Shown: one piece after another, positions 11,201-21,343 of the stretch
Layout: every line of letters starts with the position of its first letter
Position numbering within the stretch: the first letter of the stretch is position 1
Sequence record: OR608733.1
Strand: one strand, 5' to 3'
Length of the DNA stretch: 64,000 nucleotides
Translations under genes and position numbers: made by a program
Notes under the pieces: model-generated
Seen by the model: only the letters and a program-made list of their open reading frames with translations
Database searches by the model: none
Told to the model about the DNA's origin: nothing

Positions 11201-12627
11201 CCATTGCAAATATCCGTGAACAAGAAGCGATGACTTATCGTGGAGATGGTGGACGCGGTCCAACTTCAATGGTTGCACGTACACGTATTTACGGTGAAGC
11301 GGATGTTGGTGTGGTCAGTGAATCAACTGTGGACTCAGGTGACGTTGGTGTTATTGCTTACTTAGTACCTGATGCTAACTTTGTAAACATGCGTGGTGTT
11401 ACGCGTATGTTTGATCCAAAGACAGATGGGCCAGCTAGACTACTCTCAACTAGTGCACTGCTTGGTGTTGCAACCGAACATGATGACCCTAAGCGAATTA
11501 ACTTTATCTCAATTCAGCAGCAGCAAGGTATTTATGCTGATGGGTATACAGTTACACCAGTTCGTACAGGCTATGAACAAATCATAGCCCAAAGGACTAG
11601 TTCTATCTTTGCTGTAGCAGCAGAACAAGATGGTGAAGTTGTAGCTATTGATGAATATGGTATCCAAGTTAAATATGCTGATGGTAATGTATTTGGATAT
11701 CAATTAGGTACAGTTCATGGCACAGCAGCTGGTGTTAACTACCCACACATTCTTGTTACCTCATTAAAGAAAGGTGATAAGTTTAAACGTGGAGATACTA
11801 TCACATATAACAAACGTTATTTCTCTGAAGATAGGTATACGCCTGGGCAAGTATTATGGAAAGCCGGTTGTATGGCTGTTGTAGCATTTGATGATAACCT
11901 TGACACTTTAGAAGACGGTTCAGTTATTTCTGAAGACCTAGCTAAAAGGTTAAATACTCAAACAACTGCAATCAAGAATATCGATGTTAGGTTTGATCAG
12001 ACTATTCGAGATATGGTGAAAGTTGGGGATCATGTCGACTTAAATTCAATTCTATGTATAATTGAAGATCCTGAAACAGCTGCTCACTCACTATATGACG
12101 AGGCATCTATTGAGACATTACGCAAACTATCAGCATATTCGCCACGTGCTAAGCTCGTAGGTACAGTATCAAAGATTGAATGCTTCTATCATGGTGAAAT
12201 AGACGATATGACACCAAGTTTACAAGCATTAGCTAATACGTCAGATAAACAACGCGCTGAACGAGCTAAATCATTGAAAGAACCTACTTTCACTGGACAA
12301 GTAGATGCTAACTATCGAGTGAAAGGACGAGCCTTAGAATATGACCACATGATTATTCGAGTGTATATCGATCATGATATCCCATGTGGTGTTGGAGATA
12401 AAGGCGTAGTAGCTAACCAGATGAAAACGGTATTCTCCCGTGTAATGACTGGACGTAATGAAACTGAAGATGGCCGTAATATTGATCTACTATTCGGTAA
12501 TACATCGGTAGAAGAACGAATGGTTCTATCTCCTAAAATCATTGCTACAACAACTGGTATCTTGTGGGCAGCTGGAAAACATCTTGTAGCTGTATATAGA
12601 GGAAACACTAATGCAAAAGCTAAGTAA
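8272..12627 (+). CDS. gp178: Virion RNA polymerase beta-like subunit, large part (1451 aa)
   Basis: beta-like motifs ESTVDSGDVG (cf. ETPEGPNIG), DDPKRINFISIQQQQ (cf. DDANRALMGANMQRQ) and VGDKGVVANQMKTVFS (cf. VGDKMAGRHGNKGVIS); directly follows gp180. Confidence 0.92.
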   Translation: MRLNITQFLKNYSVREYAKLQSPKLHALNKLDLPFESIYQFFDGNNAVMGPSQTDPLFSKHQGKVYIEHVTDMLTFEGNPRRTSNIPATMIQEFRRQNRFFKPLRSDTGFKLSNQNILVMNYNLINPQWNYMASYKATWFRWSNDMRTFWSGVAAACERFPGWNQFIDVHLPELVPPPSSFNKLRGGLTQDLANQFNTPDILNIFDLVRWVSDDRESSFMNVIDAKYYGNINLLFRVQSSFFVINLGMLDQWRRDPEIKDDKGYDTQQIARRLISLVSAMVEYNQGNTSLIKEDTPIFNEDIIVDEETPVSYEEGEAEEVEDVESNNVEEEVTEVDVIDDVQFDPTNLTNLIDIGAIKITYTPPPESDLEVTKLIIEKDPLESSPSRQIKEEKELIVTDVPEDELFINTEVDEEDKLIDAIRAKAYDMYRVNMISANTFEQAQEDSIMYRRLPDPFTDPNDESVEPMTIAEAMEYHPDDLKIPEDTTFEDKPTIVDKSMLGSKLKAIQRKYNKVLLKKDILNSVLSVQKQGVSVTNYKIETVRDSGNHYQIHKVTLKPIRGRSSQVMFRIPVIDNDGRFMSNGVTYRQRLQRADIPIRKVNPRKVALTSYYNKTFVTRSERAENNFDNWLIRAITNRALDGSDMSVHSVTYAELDQSNYVLPRVYTTLGTAFKGFHNHRNVFYFNFKDRNEFFAKQGLHIEDYETDDLIMVGFNGTDAILLDKNSIFYMKTGNELEPIGTITDILGLDLTKAPLEAILMSIGGKELPLGFILAYHHGLNNLLKKLNVNYQRHQRGTRIVVNSTDYTLAFADEILVFDRADYKAMLVLSGLKRYHKSLRRYSVYDFNKRDVYFRVLEEAGLSNRFTRDIDTLFSAWVDPITEGLLKEMGEPTTFEGLLYRSVELLTNDWSPAEVDGAYMRYRGYERMAGAIFNELNRAVRVFNMRNGGSVQTVELDPHVIWRKIVQDPTVATIEDSNPIANIREQEAMTYRGDGGRGPTSMVARTRIYGEADVGVVSESTVDSGDVGVIAYLVPDANFVNMRGVTRMFDPKTDGPARLLSTSALLGVATEHDDPKRINFISIQQQQGIYADGYTVTPVRTGYEQIIAQRTSSIFAVAAEQDGEVVAIDEYGIQVKYADGNVFGYQLGTVHGTAAGVNYPHILVTSLKKGDKFKRGDTITYNKRYFSEDRYTPGQVLWKAGCMAVVAFDDNLDTLEDGSVISEDLAKRLNTQTTAIKNIDVRFDQTIRDMVKVGDHVDLNSILCIIEDPETAAHSLYDEASIETLRKLSAYSPRAKLVGTVSKIECFYHGEIDDMTPSLQALANTSDKQRAERAKSLKEPTFTGQVDANYRVKGRALEYDHMIIRVYIDHDIPCGVGDKGVVANQMKTVFSRVMTGRNETEDGRNIDLLFGNTSVEERMVLSPKIIATTTGILWAAGKHLVAVYRGNTNAKAK

Positions 12628-12808
12628 TAATGTAGCACATGGTCAGAACATTGCTGTTCTTCATGCTGCTGTTAAACTAGGTACTCAAGCAATTCTACAA
12701 TCGCTTGGTGGCACCACCAGCTCCCCATCTCTGAATGGGGAGTTTTTAACTGAGGCTGATATTGCAGCAGCTTTAAACGCTCGCTTAATGAAGAACCTCA
12801 ATATCTAA
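12611..12808 (+). CDS. Small hypothetical protein (65 aa) in the vRNAP operon
   Basis: Overlaps the gp178 stop by 17 nt and fills the gap to the next RBS (AAGGAG at ~12807); AT-biased codons. Confidence 0.55.
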   Translation: MQKLSNNVAHGQNIAVLHAAVKLGTQAILQSLGGTTSSPSLNGEFLTEADIAAALNARLMKNLNI

Positions 12809-12819
12809 GGAGTGTTAAA

Positions 12820-14379
12820 ATGTTCTGTAAAGAAACCCAAGCTGCGATTGTTGGCTCAGCACGTAGTCTAACTGAGGATAACCTTGTTCTAGTTATCCCT
12901 AATGAAACATATCCCCTTGCGGTCTTTGCAGATGGTTTCAGTGTAGATGGCAACTCTAATAAAGTTGCCCTCTCTGAAGAGCTGGAAGCATCTGTAGAAG
13001 AGTTCTTCGAGGAAGCTAACCAAGAGCAACCTGTTAGTGTAGAAGAAGAGCAAGAAGCTCTGATTGCACATGTCTGCTCATCATTACAAAAGATCCAATT
13101 CAATACGCAGAATGTTATTTGCCCTGCAATTGAATATATGGTACGTGTTTTTAATGAGCGTCAAAGCATTAGTTGTCAACCAGATGTAAGCGCTACATTC
13201 TACCACTATAATGCAGTTCATAGTGATCCCCGCTTAACTGCACACGTTAGTACACGATACAATAATTTACAGCCGCTACCTGAGTATCGTACCTTTATTC
13301 TAGAATCAATTGATGCTAATGAAATTATTCGGTTAGTGTCAATGGGTAATCCGCATCTAGATCAAACTGAAGTTGAAGAATGGCTACTATCTATTCCTAA
13401 TAGTGCCGCTGTTATTGAAGGTGTGTGGAATTCTATCTTCAATGATGGTCGTCTTCTCATTCCAGGTGAACTTGAATATGTTGTGGGTAGGTCCTTCCCA
13501 TTCACTGTTGATTCACTAGCTCTGGCTTACATGATTTGCGGTCACTACATCGATAACCCGGTTGAAGTTATTGGCGAGAGTGATGTTGACCTAGAAACAT
13601 GGTCACTAACTATTCGTAAACTACATGAGATGTTTGGATTCTATCTCAAGCGTGCTTATGAACGTCGTCAAGCTGATCGTGATGCAGGTCTACTCATCCT
13701 AGCCTCAGAAGCTAATAATGTAGTTGCTAATTCTCGTTGCAAAGTAATCATTAATGGTGATGTTGCACCTCAATTTGAATTAGCCGGTGGTGACATCCAA
13801 GCTATCCTTGGTGCAGCTGTAGCAGGTAGTAATAACATTTACCTAGAACAGATTCTTAATAACTCAGAACAGTTTATTCAACGTTGGCTATCAGTATATC
13901 CGCTGATTAAACAATCGGCTATGGATAAAGGTTTACGTAAACTACGCAATGACATTCATGAATCATTTATGGATGGTGTCATTAATACTGAACTTAAAGA
14001 TCGCCATGTTAATGAACTCGAATATCGTATTAAAGAAGCAATGAGTACGATGACGACTGAAGATCTTAAGAATCCTTATATCACCTTTGGTAAACTTATC
14101 TGTAAAACATTCTTTACAGAAAATGTTTACTGGCAATATCTGCTAGCAGTTGATGAATTTAGTCAAATGTATCCTGAGGCCACTCTACGTGAACTCAATA
14201 CACAATCACTAATTTCACTAATGGCAGCATGGCTGTCTCAACAGATTAAAGTTGAGCGGTTCACTGGTGTTGTTGATCCTTATGCAAAACTACCAGTAAA
14301 AGAAGTTATTGAAACTGTAGAAGATGATAGCACTGAAACTTTAGATGATGTTGAAATCGAAGAAGAAGTTTCTAATTAA
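12820..14379 (+). CDS. gp177: Virion head protein (519 aa), likely proteolytically matured
   Basis: Strong RBS; acidic N-terminal region containing S-V-E (ASVEEFFEE); synteny between gp178 and gp176. Confidence 0.75.
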   Translation: MFCKETQAAIVGSARSLTEDNLVLVIPNETYPLAVFADGFSVDGNSNKVALSEELEASVEEFFEEANQEQPVSVEEEQEALIAHVCSSLQKIQFNTQNVICPAIEYMVRVFNERQSISCQPDVSATFYHYNAVHSDPRLTAHVSTRYNNLQPLPEYRTFILESIDANEIIRLVSMGNPHLDQTEVEEWLLSIPNSAAVIEGVWNSIFNDGRLLIPGELEYVVGRSFPFTVDSLALAYMICGHYIDNPVEVIGESDVDLETWSLTIRKLHEMFGFYLKRAYERRQADRDAGLLILASEANNVVANSRCKVIINGDVAPQFELAGGDIQAILGAAVAGSNNIYLEQILNNSEQFIQRWLSVYPLIKQSAMDKGLRKLRNDIHESFMDGVINTELKDRHVNELEYRIKEAMSTMTTEDLKNPYITFGKLICKTFFTENVYWQYLLAVDEFSQMYPEATLRELNTQSLISLMAAWLSQQIKVERFTGVVDPYAKLPVKEVIETVEDDSTETLDDVEIEEEVSN

Positions 14380-14425
14380 ATTATCTTAATGGTTAATAAT
14401 CATTAAAACATGCAATCGATGATAA

Positions 14426-14453
14426 ACTCCGGTATTTGGAAGGATACCGGAGT
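14426..14453. terminator. Stem-loop, probable terminator or processing hairpin
   Basis: ACTCCGGTAT-ttggaagg-ATACCGGAGT, a perfect 10-bp stem in the 147-bp gap after gp177. Confidence 0.55.
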
Positions 14454-14526
14454 AATACAGCGAATATTTAAAGGTGCATGATTTTGATTAAGTATTTTAA
14501 TCTTTACATAAATGAACAATTAGGAC

Positions 14527-15255
14527 ATGATAATGGACGTACGTTCTCTTCGACGGGATCCAGAACGGGTCCACAGTCATCTAACTGATTTAGAAGATAA
14601 TTCAGTAGTAACTAATGCCCCATGTAAAATACAGATTCCAGAAAGATTTACAGGAAGACATCTAGCTGTTATTGGTAGTGAAGTATTCACTATTGGTATA
14701 TTTCCTATTATTTTTAATGATGAATATTACGCAGTAAATAATACCATTGCAATGATGCGGATAAATCCAATCTCTACTGAACGCGTCCACATCAATGGTG
14801 AAGTTTATCTAGAATTTCATTTTGATAAAGGTAGTAAGATTTTCCAGAATACTTACTTAGTTGTTAATGATACATTAACTTACTATGTCTATGATGAGTT
14901 AATTAACAAAGGAAACTTCCCTTGGTATATTAACTATTATGACAAAGCCAAATTATTTGAGACAGCTAATTTACACGCTGGTGTTAACCTTGGTGGATGG
15001 CCTACATTACAACTTATTATTTCAACCACTCAGCGTGCCTCGGATGATATATCACAACTATATCGACATGTGTTAACTAGACACAGTGATATCGTGGATA
15101 ATCCACCAGTCGACGTACCATTCCGTTCAGTTATCTGGAATACTTCAGACACAACATCAAAACTCAATGGGGCTTATTTTGATCAAGGTATCACATCAGC
15201 ACTTGTTAACCCATCTGAGTCAGTAGAGCTTATTGAAGAACTCCTCAGGACCTAA
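14527..15255 (+). CDS. gp176: Putative fifth virion RNA polymerase subunit (242 aa)
   Basis: Synteny immediately upstream of the protease and size as recalled for phiKZ gp176. The alternative ATG at 14533 has better AGGA spacing. Confidence 0.65.
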   Translation: MIMDVRSLRRDPERVHSHLTDLEDNSVVTNAPCKIQIPERFTGRHLAVIGSEVFTIGIFPIIFNDEYYAVNNTIAMMRINPISTERVHINGEVYLEFHFDKGSKIFQNTYLVVNDTLTYYVYDELINKGNFPWYINYYDKAKLFETANLHAGVNLGGWPTLQLIISTTQRASDDISQLYRHVLTRHSDIVDNPPVDVPFRSVIWNTSDTTSKLNGAYFDQGITSALVNPSESVELIEELLRT

Positions 15256-15266
15256 GGAGTTGCGTT

Positions 15267-16079
15267 ATGCAACCATATTCTAATTTTTCTGGTTTGCAAC
15301 AGCGTACTAATAACCAAGTAGTTATCGGCAGTGATATGTTAGCCGGTACTAATAAAAAAGGTGTATTAGTACCTGATGCGGATGGTTACTATCTAACTCC
15401 ACTAGGAGCTTATGGTACCCGAAATTCAGCTGGTATGTTCTATGAAATGGCATCCGGCGTATCTATGTTTAATCCAGACTCACCTTTAATGCGCCGTGTT
15501 AAAAAGGGTGTTCTATTCATGGAATACAAACACCCTGAACCCTATCGTAAAGATGGCACACGGATGAATGAACATGAGTACCTAATGCGAATTCGTCAAA
15601 TCGATGATGATCGTGTGTGTGCGCATATTAAGGAACTTATTCTGGTTGATTCTACAGATGAGAAAGGTCTTCCTATTAAACTAGTACTTGGCAAATGCAA
15701 ACCATACGGTCCTTTTGGTAAGTACTTCGAAGCATCTATTACCAATCCTTCTCAGAATACTTATTGCTCGGTAAGGTCAATAACTCAAGATGATCCTATG
15801 CGCGGTATCAAATATACCCGTGAGATTTCAACTTGGGATATGGTTGGGGAAGGTGGTATTTACGGTGCTAATAAATGGAATTCCCCTGCATTAGAGAACT
15901 ATGAAGATCAATTAATGGTTATCACGCCTGATACTCTATATCAGGTACAGCGTGAACGTGAACGTCAAATTAACATGGGTTTTGAATGTTCTGATATCAC
16001 CAATGTGACAGATCTAGCGAAAAGTCTTGGCTGGGATATTTCACCAGTTAAACATAGGCGCCCTGGCTTCATGCGTTAA
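15267..16079 (+). CDS. gp175: Prohead (head maturation) serine protease, T4 gp21-like
   Basis: EYKHP (His89), YCSVRS (Ser168) and TWDMVG (Asp191) align with the gp21-type triad; ALE at 208-210 is the autocleavage site removing 60 C-terminal residues; AAGGAG RBS. Confidence 0.88.
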   Translation: MQPYSNFSGLQQRTNNQVVIGSDMLAGTNKKGVLVPDADGYYLTPLGAYGTRNSAGMFYEMASGVSMFNPDSPLMRRVKKGVLFMEYKHPEPYRKDGTRMNEHEYLMRIRQIDDDRVCAHIKELILVDSTDEKGLPIKLVLGKCKPYGPFGKYFEASITNPSQNTYCSVRSITQDDPMRGIKYTREISTWDMVGEGGIYGANKWNSPALENYEDQLMVITPDTLYQVQRERERQINMGFECSDITNVTDLAKSLGWDISPVKHRRPGFMR

Positions 16080-16094
16080 AAATAAAAAAAAAGA

Positions 16095-16126
16095 CATAAT
16101 GCCCTCCCGTAATGGGAGGGCTTATG
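16095..16126. terminator. Conserved palindromic element / bidirectional terminator, copy 1
   Basis: CATAAT-GCCCTCCC-gtaat-GGGAGGGC-TTATG between convergent genes; exact reverse complement of 61333-61364. Confidence 0.75.
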
Positions 16127-16129
16127 CTG

Positions 16130-17266
<1,137 letters not shown>

Positions 17267-17276
17267 TTAAAAACTA

Positions 17277-18203
17277 CTATTTTTTATAAGCAATAAATTT
17301 TCCAATATGCTTGAATCCCTTACAACTAATAGTAACTTTAATCGGATATTTAGCCTTCATTACATAAATTAACCTGGACATATTAAACGGCGCATAAAGT
17401 ATAAAATCATTATCTACCATTTCTTTATGGAATGCATTAATCTTATCTTGGACTAGTTTAATATAATCCTCATCATTAATAATACTTTGTTTATCTGAAA
17501 TAACAATCTTATCTACAGTATCGCCTTCAGCACATAGTCTTTCATATACCTCAGTACGGATAAATGTATTAACTGCGATATATGTATTTTCTGTTACTTG
17601 TGTAGCTTGTGCACTATAAATATCACTAATACAGTAATTAGGTTTATATGGACCAAATGGATCAATAATATCTTTAATAGATACACTCTTTTTTGGTAGA
17701 ACATGGGGTGTTTCTAAAAATGAAACACTGTCATGTGCATCAATATCTAAATACTTATTGACTAGTGGGGCAACGCGGTTGAATGCCTCTTCATAGATAG
17801 CATACATGTAGCCACGGTAATCTGGTAAAGACGCATAATAATTACGCTGAACAACAGTCTCGCAACTACTAACATAATTATAAAAAATATCTGCGTGCCT
17901 TAAAACATTATTAAATTCATCTACGCCTAGAATTGAACTAATCCAACTAACATCATTATCGTGGATAAATATAGCTAAACGAAGGTTTTGCCGTTTTGGA
18001 TTAGTTTCATCTTGGAATGGATATGTTGTATATAGCTCAGTGATAGCTTGTTTAACTACATCAGGTGATTCATTGAAAAATTCTTTTGAGAATTGATCAA
18101 TTGACATATTTTGTCTTTGCTGATATAGTTCATTAATACGTGCTTCTACTTGCACAAGGAAGTTAATCTTTTTACTGATTTTAAGGCTATGTTCAGTATG
18201 CAT
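17277..18203 (-). CDS. Hypothetical protein, ~308 aa
   Basis: Long open frame; start placed at ATG 18203, just past the upstream stop (track start 18251). Confidence 0.7.
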   Translation of the reverse strand: MHTEHSLKISKKINFLVQVEARINELYQQRQNMSIDQFSKEFFNESPDVVKQAITELYTTYPFQDETNPKRQNLRLAIFIHDNDVSWISSILGVDEFNNVLRHADIFYNYVSSCETVVQRNYYASLPDYRGYMYAIYEEAFNRVAPLVNKYLDIDAHDSVSFLETPHVLPKKSVSIKDIIDPFGPYKPNYCISDIYSAQATQVTENTYIAVNTFIRTEVYERLCAEGDTVDKIVISDKQSIINDEDYIKLVQDKINAFHKEMVDNDFILYAPFNMSRLIYVMKAKYPIKVTISCKGFKHIGKFIAYKK

Positions 18204-18207
18204 TAAG

Positions 18208-18648
18208 TTATCTCTGTTTGATTGATTTAATAACATCACAAACAATTTCAAACCATTCTTTTTCTTGAATGGTTAGGTTTGCTCCTGATAAAACTAATGG
18301 ACCAAAACTTTTTGCTTTAAATAAAACGAATGGTCGACTATTAAGATTTAATAATAGGGTATCACGAAGGATATTGGTAAGTCCATCTACGTATTGATAC
18401 TTTAAACCATAGTCTAATTTATAATGGGAATTAACCTCTGGTTGAAGAAAAGCCTTTTCTTTTTTACCAGTGATGAGATACATCCGAAGACCTTTGAATG
18501 AAAAGAAATTCTCATTATCAAGTGTGGTCTTCTTCTCTTTTCCATTAAACTGAAATAGATCAGGGAGCGGTGTATTACCGCTCTGATCTACAATGATGCT
18601 ATCTACAGGATAATTATTTTGTACCCATGGGGTTTCTGGATTATTCAT
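18208..18648 (-). CDS. Hypothetical protein, ~146 aa
   Basis: ATG at 18648 with GGAG upstream, overlapping the previous stop by 8 nt. Confidence 0.65.
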   Translation of the reverse strand: MNNPETPWVQNNYPVDSIIVDQSGNTPLPDLFQFNGKEKKTTLDNENFFSFKGLRMYLITGKKEKAFLQPEVNSHYKLDYGLKYQYVDGLTNILRDTLLLNLNSRPFVLFKAKSFGPLVLSGANLTIQEKEWFEIVCDVIKSIKQR

Positions 18649-19402
18649 TTGAATTAGGCTCCACCCAATGAGGATCAGGTACAGGAACAATATGCACACT
18701 GTCCTCTAGTTTATCTCGAAGATTAGGATCATCAGTCCATTGTAGAGAAAGAGTGTATCTCTCCTCTTTAGGCCGTAGTAGTAGGAATCCACGTCTTAAT
18801 GTATTCCAAGACATATTGGGCGATAGTAAACCACGCCTTTGTGTATTAGCCAATGAGGTAAGTTTCTTTTTATCCAATCCTACAAGGTTGACTGGATTAT
18901 TTAAAAACTCTTCCCATAGCTTATCCCACTTCTCCTGGTTAATTCCTTCTTTCCAGAGAATATGCCTATACAGATGGGCCATTGTAGTTGTAGCTGGTTT
19001 TTGATTCTTAAAAATTTCACATTCTTCATAGGGGAAATCATTTGCAGAGCAAGTTACCTCATCTTCAGTTGGATCGATATTGATCGTATAAACTGAATCA
19101 GGTTTTGATGTACCCCAAATCAGACGTACCTCTAATGTTGCTTTAACAGGTGATAAGAAATCAATAGCTTTCTTAAAGCCATCCCAACTCATTGTATCAG
19201 CTTTAAGTGCTTTATTAAGATTACCTTTATCTGGGTTATTCTTGTTATGTGGTTTTTGAAAGTATGCATTCAAACGTTTATCCCAAGCAAACTGTGTCAT
19301 ATTACGCCACAGTAGTACTTCCCGGAAAACATAACACAAAACCCCTTCTGCCTGCCTTAATCCTTTTTGAGGATCGCTTAATAAGTCTTTTACAGATTCC
19401 AT
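18641..19402 (-). CDS. Hypothetical protein with an internal tandem domain duplication (253 aa)
   Basis: Two similar halves (..WDKRL..MSWDGFKKAIDFLSP..LIW / ..WDKLW..MSWNTLRRGFLLLRP..LQW). Confidence 0.75.
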   Translation of the reverse strand: MESVKDLLSDPQKGLRQAEGVLCYVFREVLLWRNMTQFAWDKRLNAYFQKPHNKNNPDKGNLNKALKADTMSWDGFKKAIDFLSPVKATLEVRLIWGTSKPDSVYTINIDPTEDEVTCSANDFPYEECEIFKNQKPATTTMAHLYRHILWKEGINQEKWDKLWEEFLNNPVNLVGLDKKKLTSLANTQRRGLLSPNMSWNTLRRGFLLLRPKEERYTLSLQWTDDPNLRDKLEDSVHIVPVPDPHWVEPNSNE

Positions 19403-19472
19403 CTTTTTTACACCTACGGTGAATTGATAATAAACACACTTTATATTAATTTATACTTGTATAGTCTGCACC

Positions 19473-19997
19473 TCATAGTAACTTAATAATTGCTCTTGAT
19501 AGTTCAATAATATCATAGTACATTCTATCCATCTGGCGCTGATATGCTTGATGGTTAATCTGTTCAAGATATTCAGTTTGTTGCCAAATTAAGTCACGCA
19601 TAGTTTCAATAGATTTACATACATCAATAAAACTATCATTACTGTTTATAAAATATTCATCAAGGTCAATTGATTTCCTGTCGATAAACTCAGTACGACA
19701 CATTTCACTAATCTTTAGATCATCTTCATTTGCAATATGATCATTTAACCTAGTTAGAGCATCTAATAAATAACCAATACTGTAATGTCTTAGATAGACA
19801 GGAACACCTATCATCTTCCTGATGGTCAGAGTTTTTAATTCATCCAGATTAATTAATTGCCAGAAATTATTAATAGCTTTTAATCGTTCTTCACCTGAAA
19901 TAATATCTTTATCTATCCGTTCTAATTCAGTTAGAAGTTGTTCTTTACCAACTTCCTTTTGGAAGCCCCGGAAATATTGAATAAGTTTCTTAAACAT
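19473..19997 (-). CDS. Hypothetical alpha-helical protein (174 aa)
   Basis: Open frame, weak GGT/AGGT-type RBS, divergent from 20077. Confidence 0.7.
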   Translation of the reverse strand: MFKKLIQYFRGFQKEVGKEQLLTELERIDKDIISGEERLKAINNFWQLINLDELKTLTIRKMIGVPVYLRHYSIGYLLDALTRLNDHIANEDDLKISEMCRTEFIDRKSIDLDEYFINSNDSFIDVCKSIETMRDLIWQQTEYLEQINHQAYQRQMDRMYYDIIELSRAIIKLL

Positions 19998-20018
19998 GAT
20001 ATAGGACCTATTTTTCAG

Positions 20019-20040
20019 ATACTTAGCATATGGTAAGTAT
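20019..20040. promoter_or_regulatory. 22-bp near-perfect palindrome with central CATATG: candidate back-to-back late promoters
   Basis: ATACTTAGCATATGGTAAGTAT (one mismatched pair) between divergent genes; TATG is the known phiKZ late-promoter core. Confidence 0.45.
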
Positions 20041-20076
20041 GTTAGGTATTACTATTACTAATTAGAGGATAATAAA

Positions 20077-20592
20077 ATGTTCCATGGTGCAGATTTATCT
20101 GATGAGCCTTTAGAAAAGAAATCATCAACTACAGAAGAAAAGGTATATGCTGATCTAGAATATGAGCAGCAGATACGGTATACACAATCAGTTAAAGAGA
20201 AAGTACTAAAAGCTGTATTAGAAAATACAACTGGTAAAGTACCTACTGATAAAGAATCAGTTGATATGATTCTTAAATTAACAGATTCAATGGATAAGAC
20301 AACAATTGCTAACCGTCGTATTCAAGTTGATTCTGAGGGTGCACGCTCTAACCGTGAACTTGCTGAAGGCTTTGCTGAATTCGTTAAGATGCAAATGAAC
20401 CGTAATCCATTAATACGTGATCCGAATGATGTCCCTGCAACACCACGTGAGATTCCAGATATTCCTGATGAGGAATTTGAGAATTACACTATTGAAGAAG
20501 GTGAAACTGAAATCGGTATCATCATGGAGGAATCCAATGCATTTATGGAGCGGATGGATGCTGCACGAGAAAAAGAATTAGAAAACGATTGA
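20077..20592 (+). CDS. Hypothetical acidic protein (171 aa)
   Basis: AGAGGA RBS; ends at a conserved palindrome. Confidence 0.75.
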   Translation: MFHGADLSDEPLEKKSSTTEEKVYADLEYEQQIRYTQSVKEKVLKAVLENTTGKVPTDKESVDMILKLTDSMDKTTIANRRIQVDSEGARSNRELAEGFAEFVKMQMNRNPLIRDPNDVPATPREIPDIPDEEFENYTIEEGETEIGIIMEESNAFMERMDAAREKELEND

Positions 20593-20601
20593 TATTAACG
20601 A

Positions 20602-20634
20602 CATATAGCCCTCCCGTAATGGGAGGGCGTTATG
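20602..20634. terminator. Conserved palindromic element / bidirectional terminator, copy 2
   Basis: CATATA-GCCCTCCC-gtaat-GGGAGGGC-GTTATG between convergent genes. Confidence 0.72.
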
Positions 20635-20637
20635 CAC

Positions 20638-21336
20638 TTAATACAAATCGATATCTAATACATCACCAACTGTATTTACGATTACTTCAACAGGTGGTAG
20701 CTCAATATTACCAATTGATTTCTTAATAACATTCATTTGGTTAATAACTTGATTATGATCAGATGTTACTTTAAGAGCTAATAGTCCAATAGCAGTTAAA
20801 CTTACGATTGCAGTTGAGTTATCTGAAATAGTTTCATATGCAGCTTTACCTACTTTCTTAATAGTTTTAAATAGAGTAGGTTTATTTTGACGAATTAGTT
20901 TTCGTTCTTTTGCTTTAGCTAGCTCATCATCAAATTCTTTATTAAAGCTACGGCGTTTACTCCAATCATAAACACCTGGTGAAACTTCTTCAAAATTGGA
21001 AGAGATTGCACCAAAATCACTAGCATGGCTAAACATCCATTTAAAGATAAAGCGATTAGAAAGAACCCACGCCTGTAGATTAGTTTCTGCATCGTTGATT
21101 AGTTTAATAGCATCGCTTCCAGTAGCCACTTGGCCATTAGCTTTAACAAATAAAATCAGTCTTACAGTAGTACCATTGATTACTGTGTTATTCACATTTG
21201 CAATCCTGGTATAAATTTCTTTAATAATTCGCTTTTGTTTATCTAAATCAGCACCATTTAAACGAATATTAAATTGACGGTCTAATACGGCCATTGCAGT
21301 TTCCTCTAGGGTTATTGTACCTAAAGTATACTGCAT
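20638..21336 (-). CDS. Putative early membrane-anchored protein (232 aa)
   Basis: Hydrophobic segment TAIVSLTAIGLLAL near the C-terminus; lies downstream of the early promoter at 22053-22080. Confidence 0.65.
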   Translation of the reverse strand: MQYTLGTITLEETAMAVLDRQFNIRLNGADLDKQKRIIKEIYTRIANVNNTVINGTTVRLILFVKANGQVATGSDAIKLINDAETNLQAWVLSNRFIFKWMFSHASDFGAISSNFEEVSPGVYDWSKRRSFNKEFDDELAKAKERKLIRQNKPTLFKTIKKVGKAAYETISDNSTAIVSLTAIGLLALKVTSDHNQVINQMNVIKKSIGNIELPPVEVIVNTVGDVLDIDLY

Positions 21337-21343
21337 GACCGTA

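Noticed and set aside
14410-14481. 23-codon ORF spanning the hairpin after gp177
   Set aside because: No RBS; better explained as a structured intergenic region.
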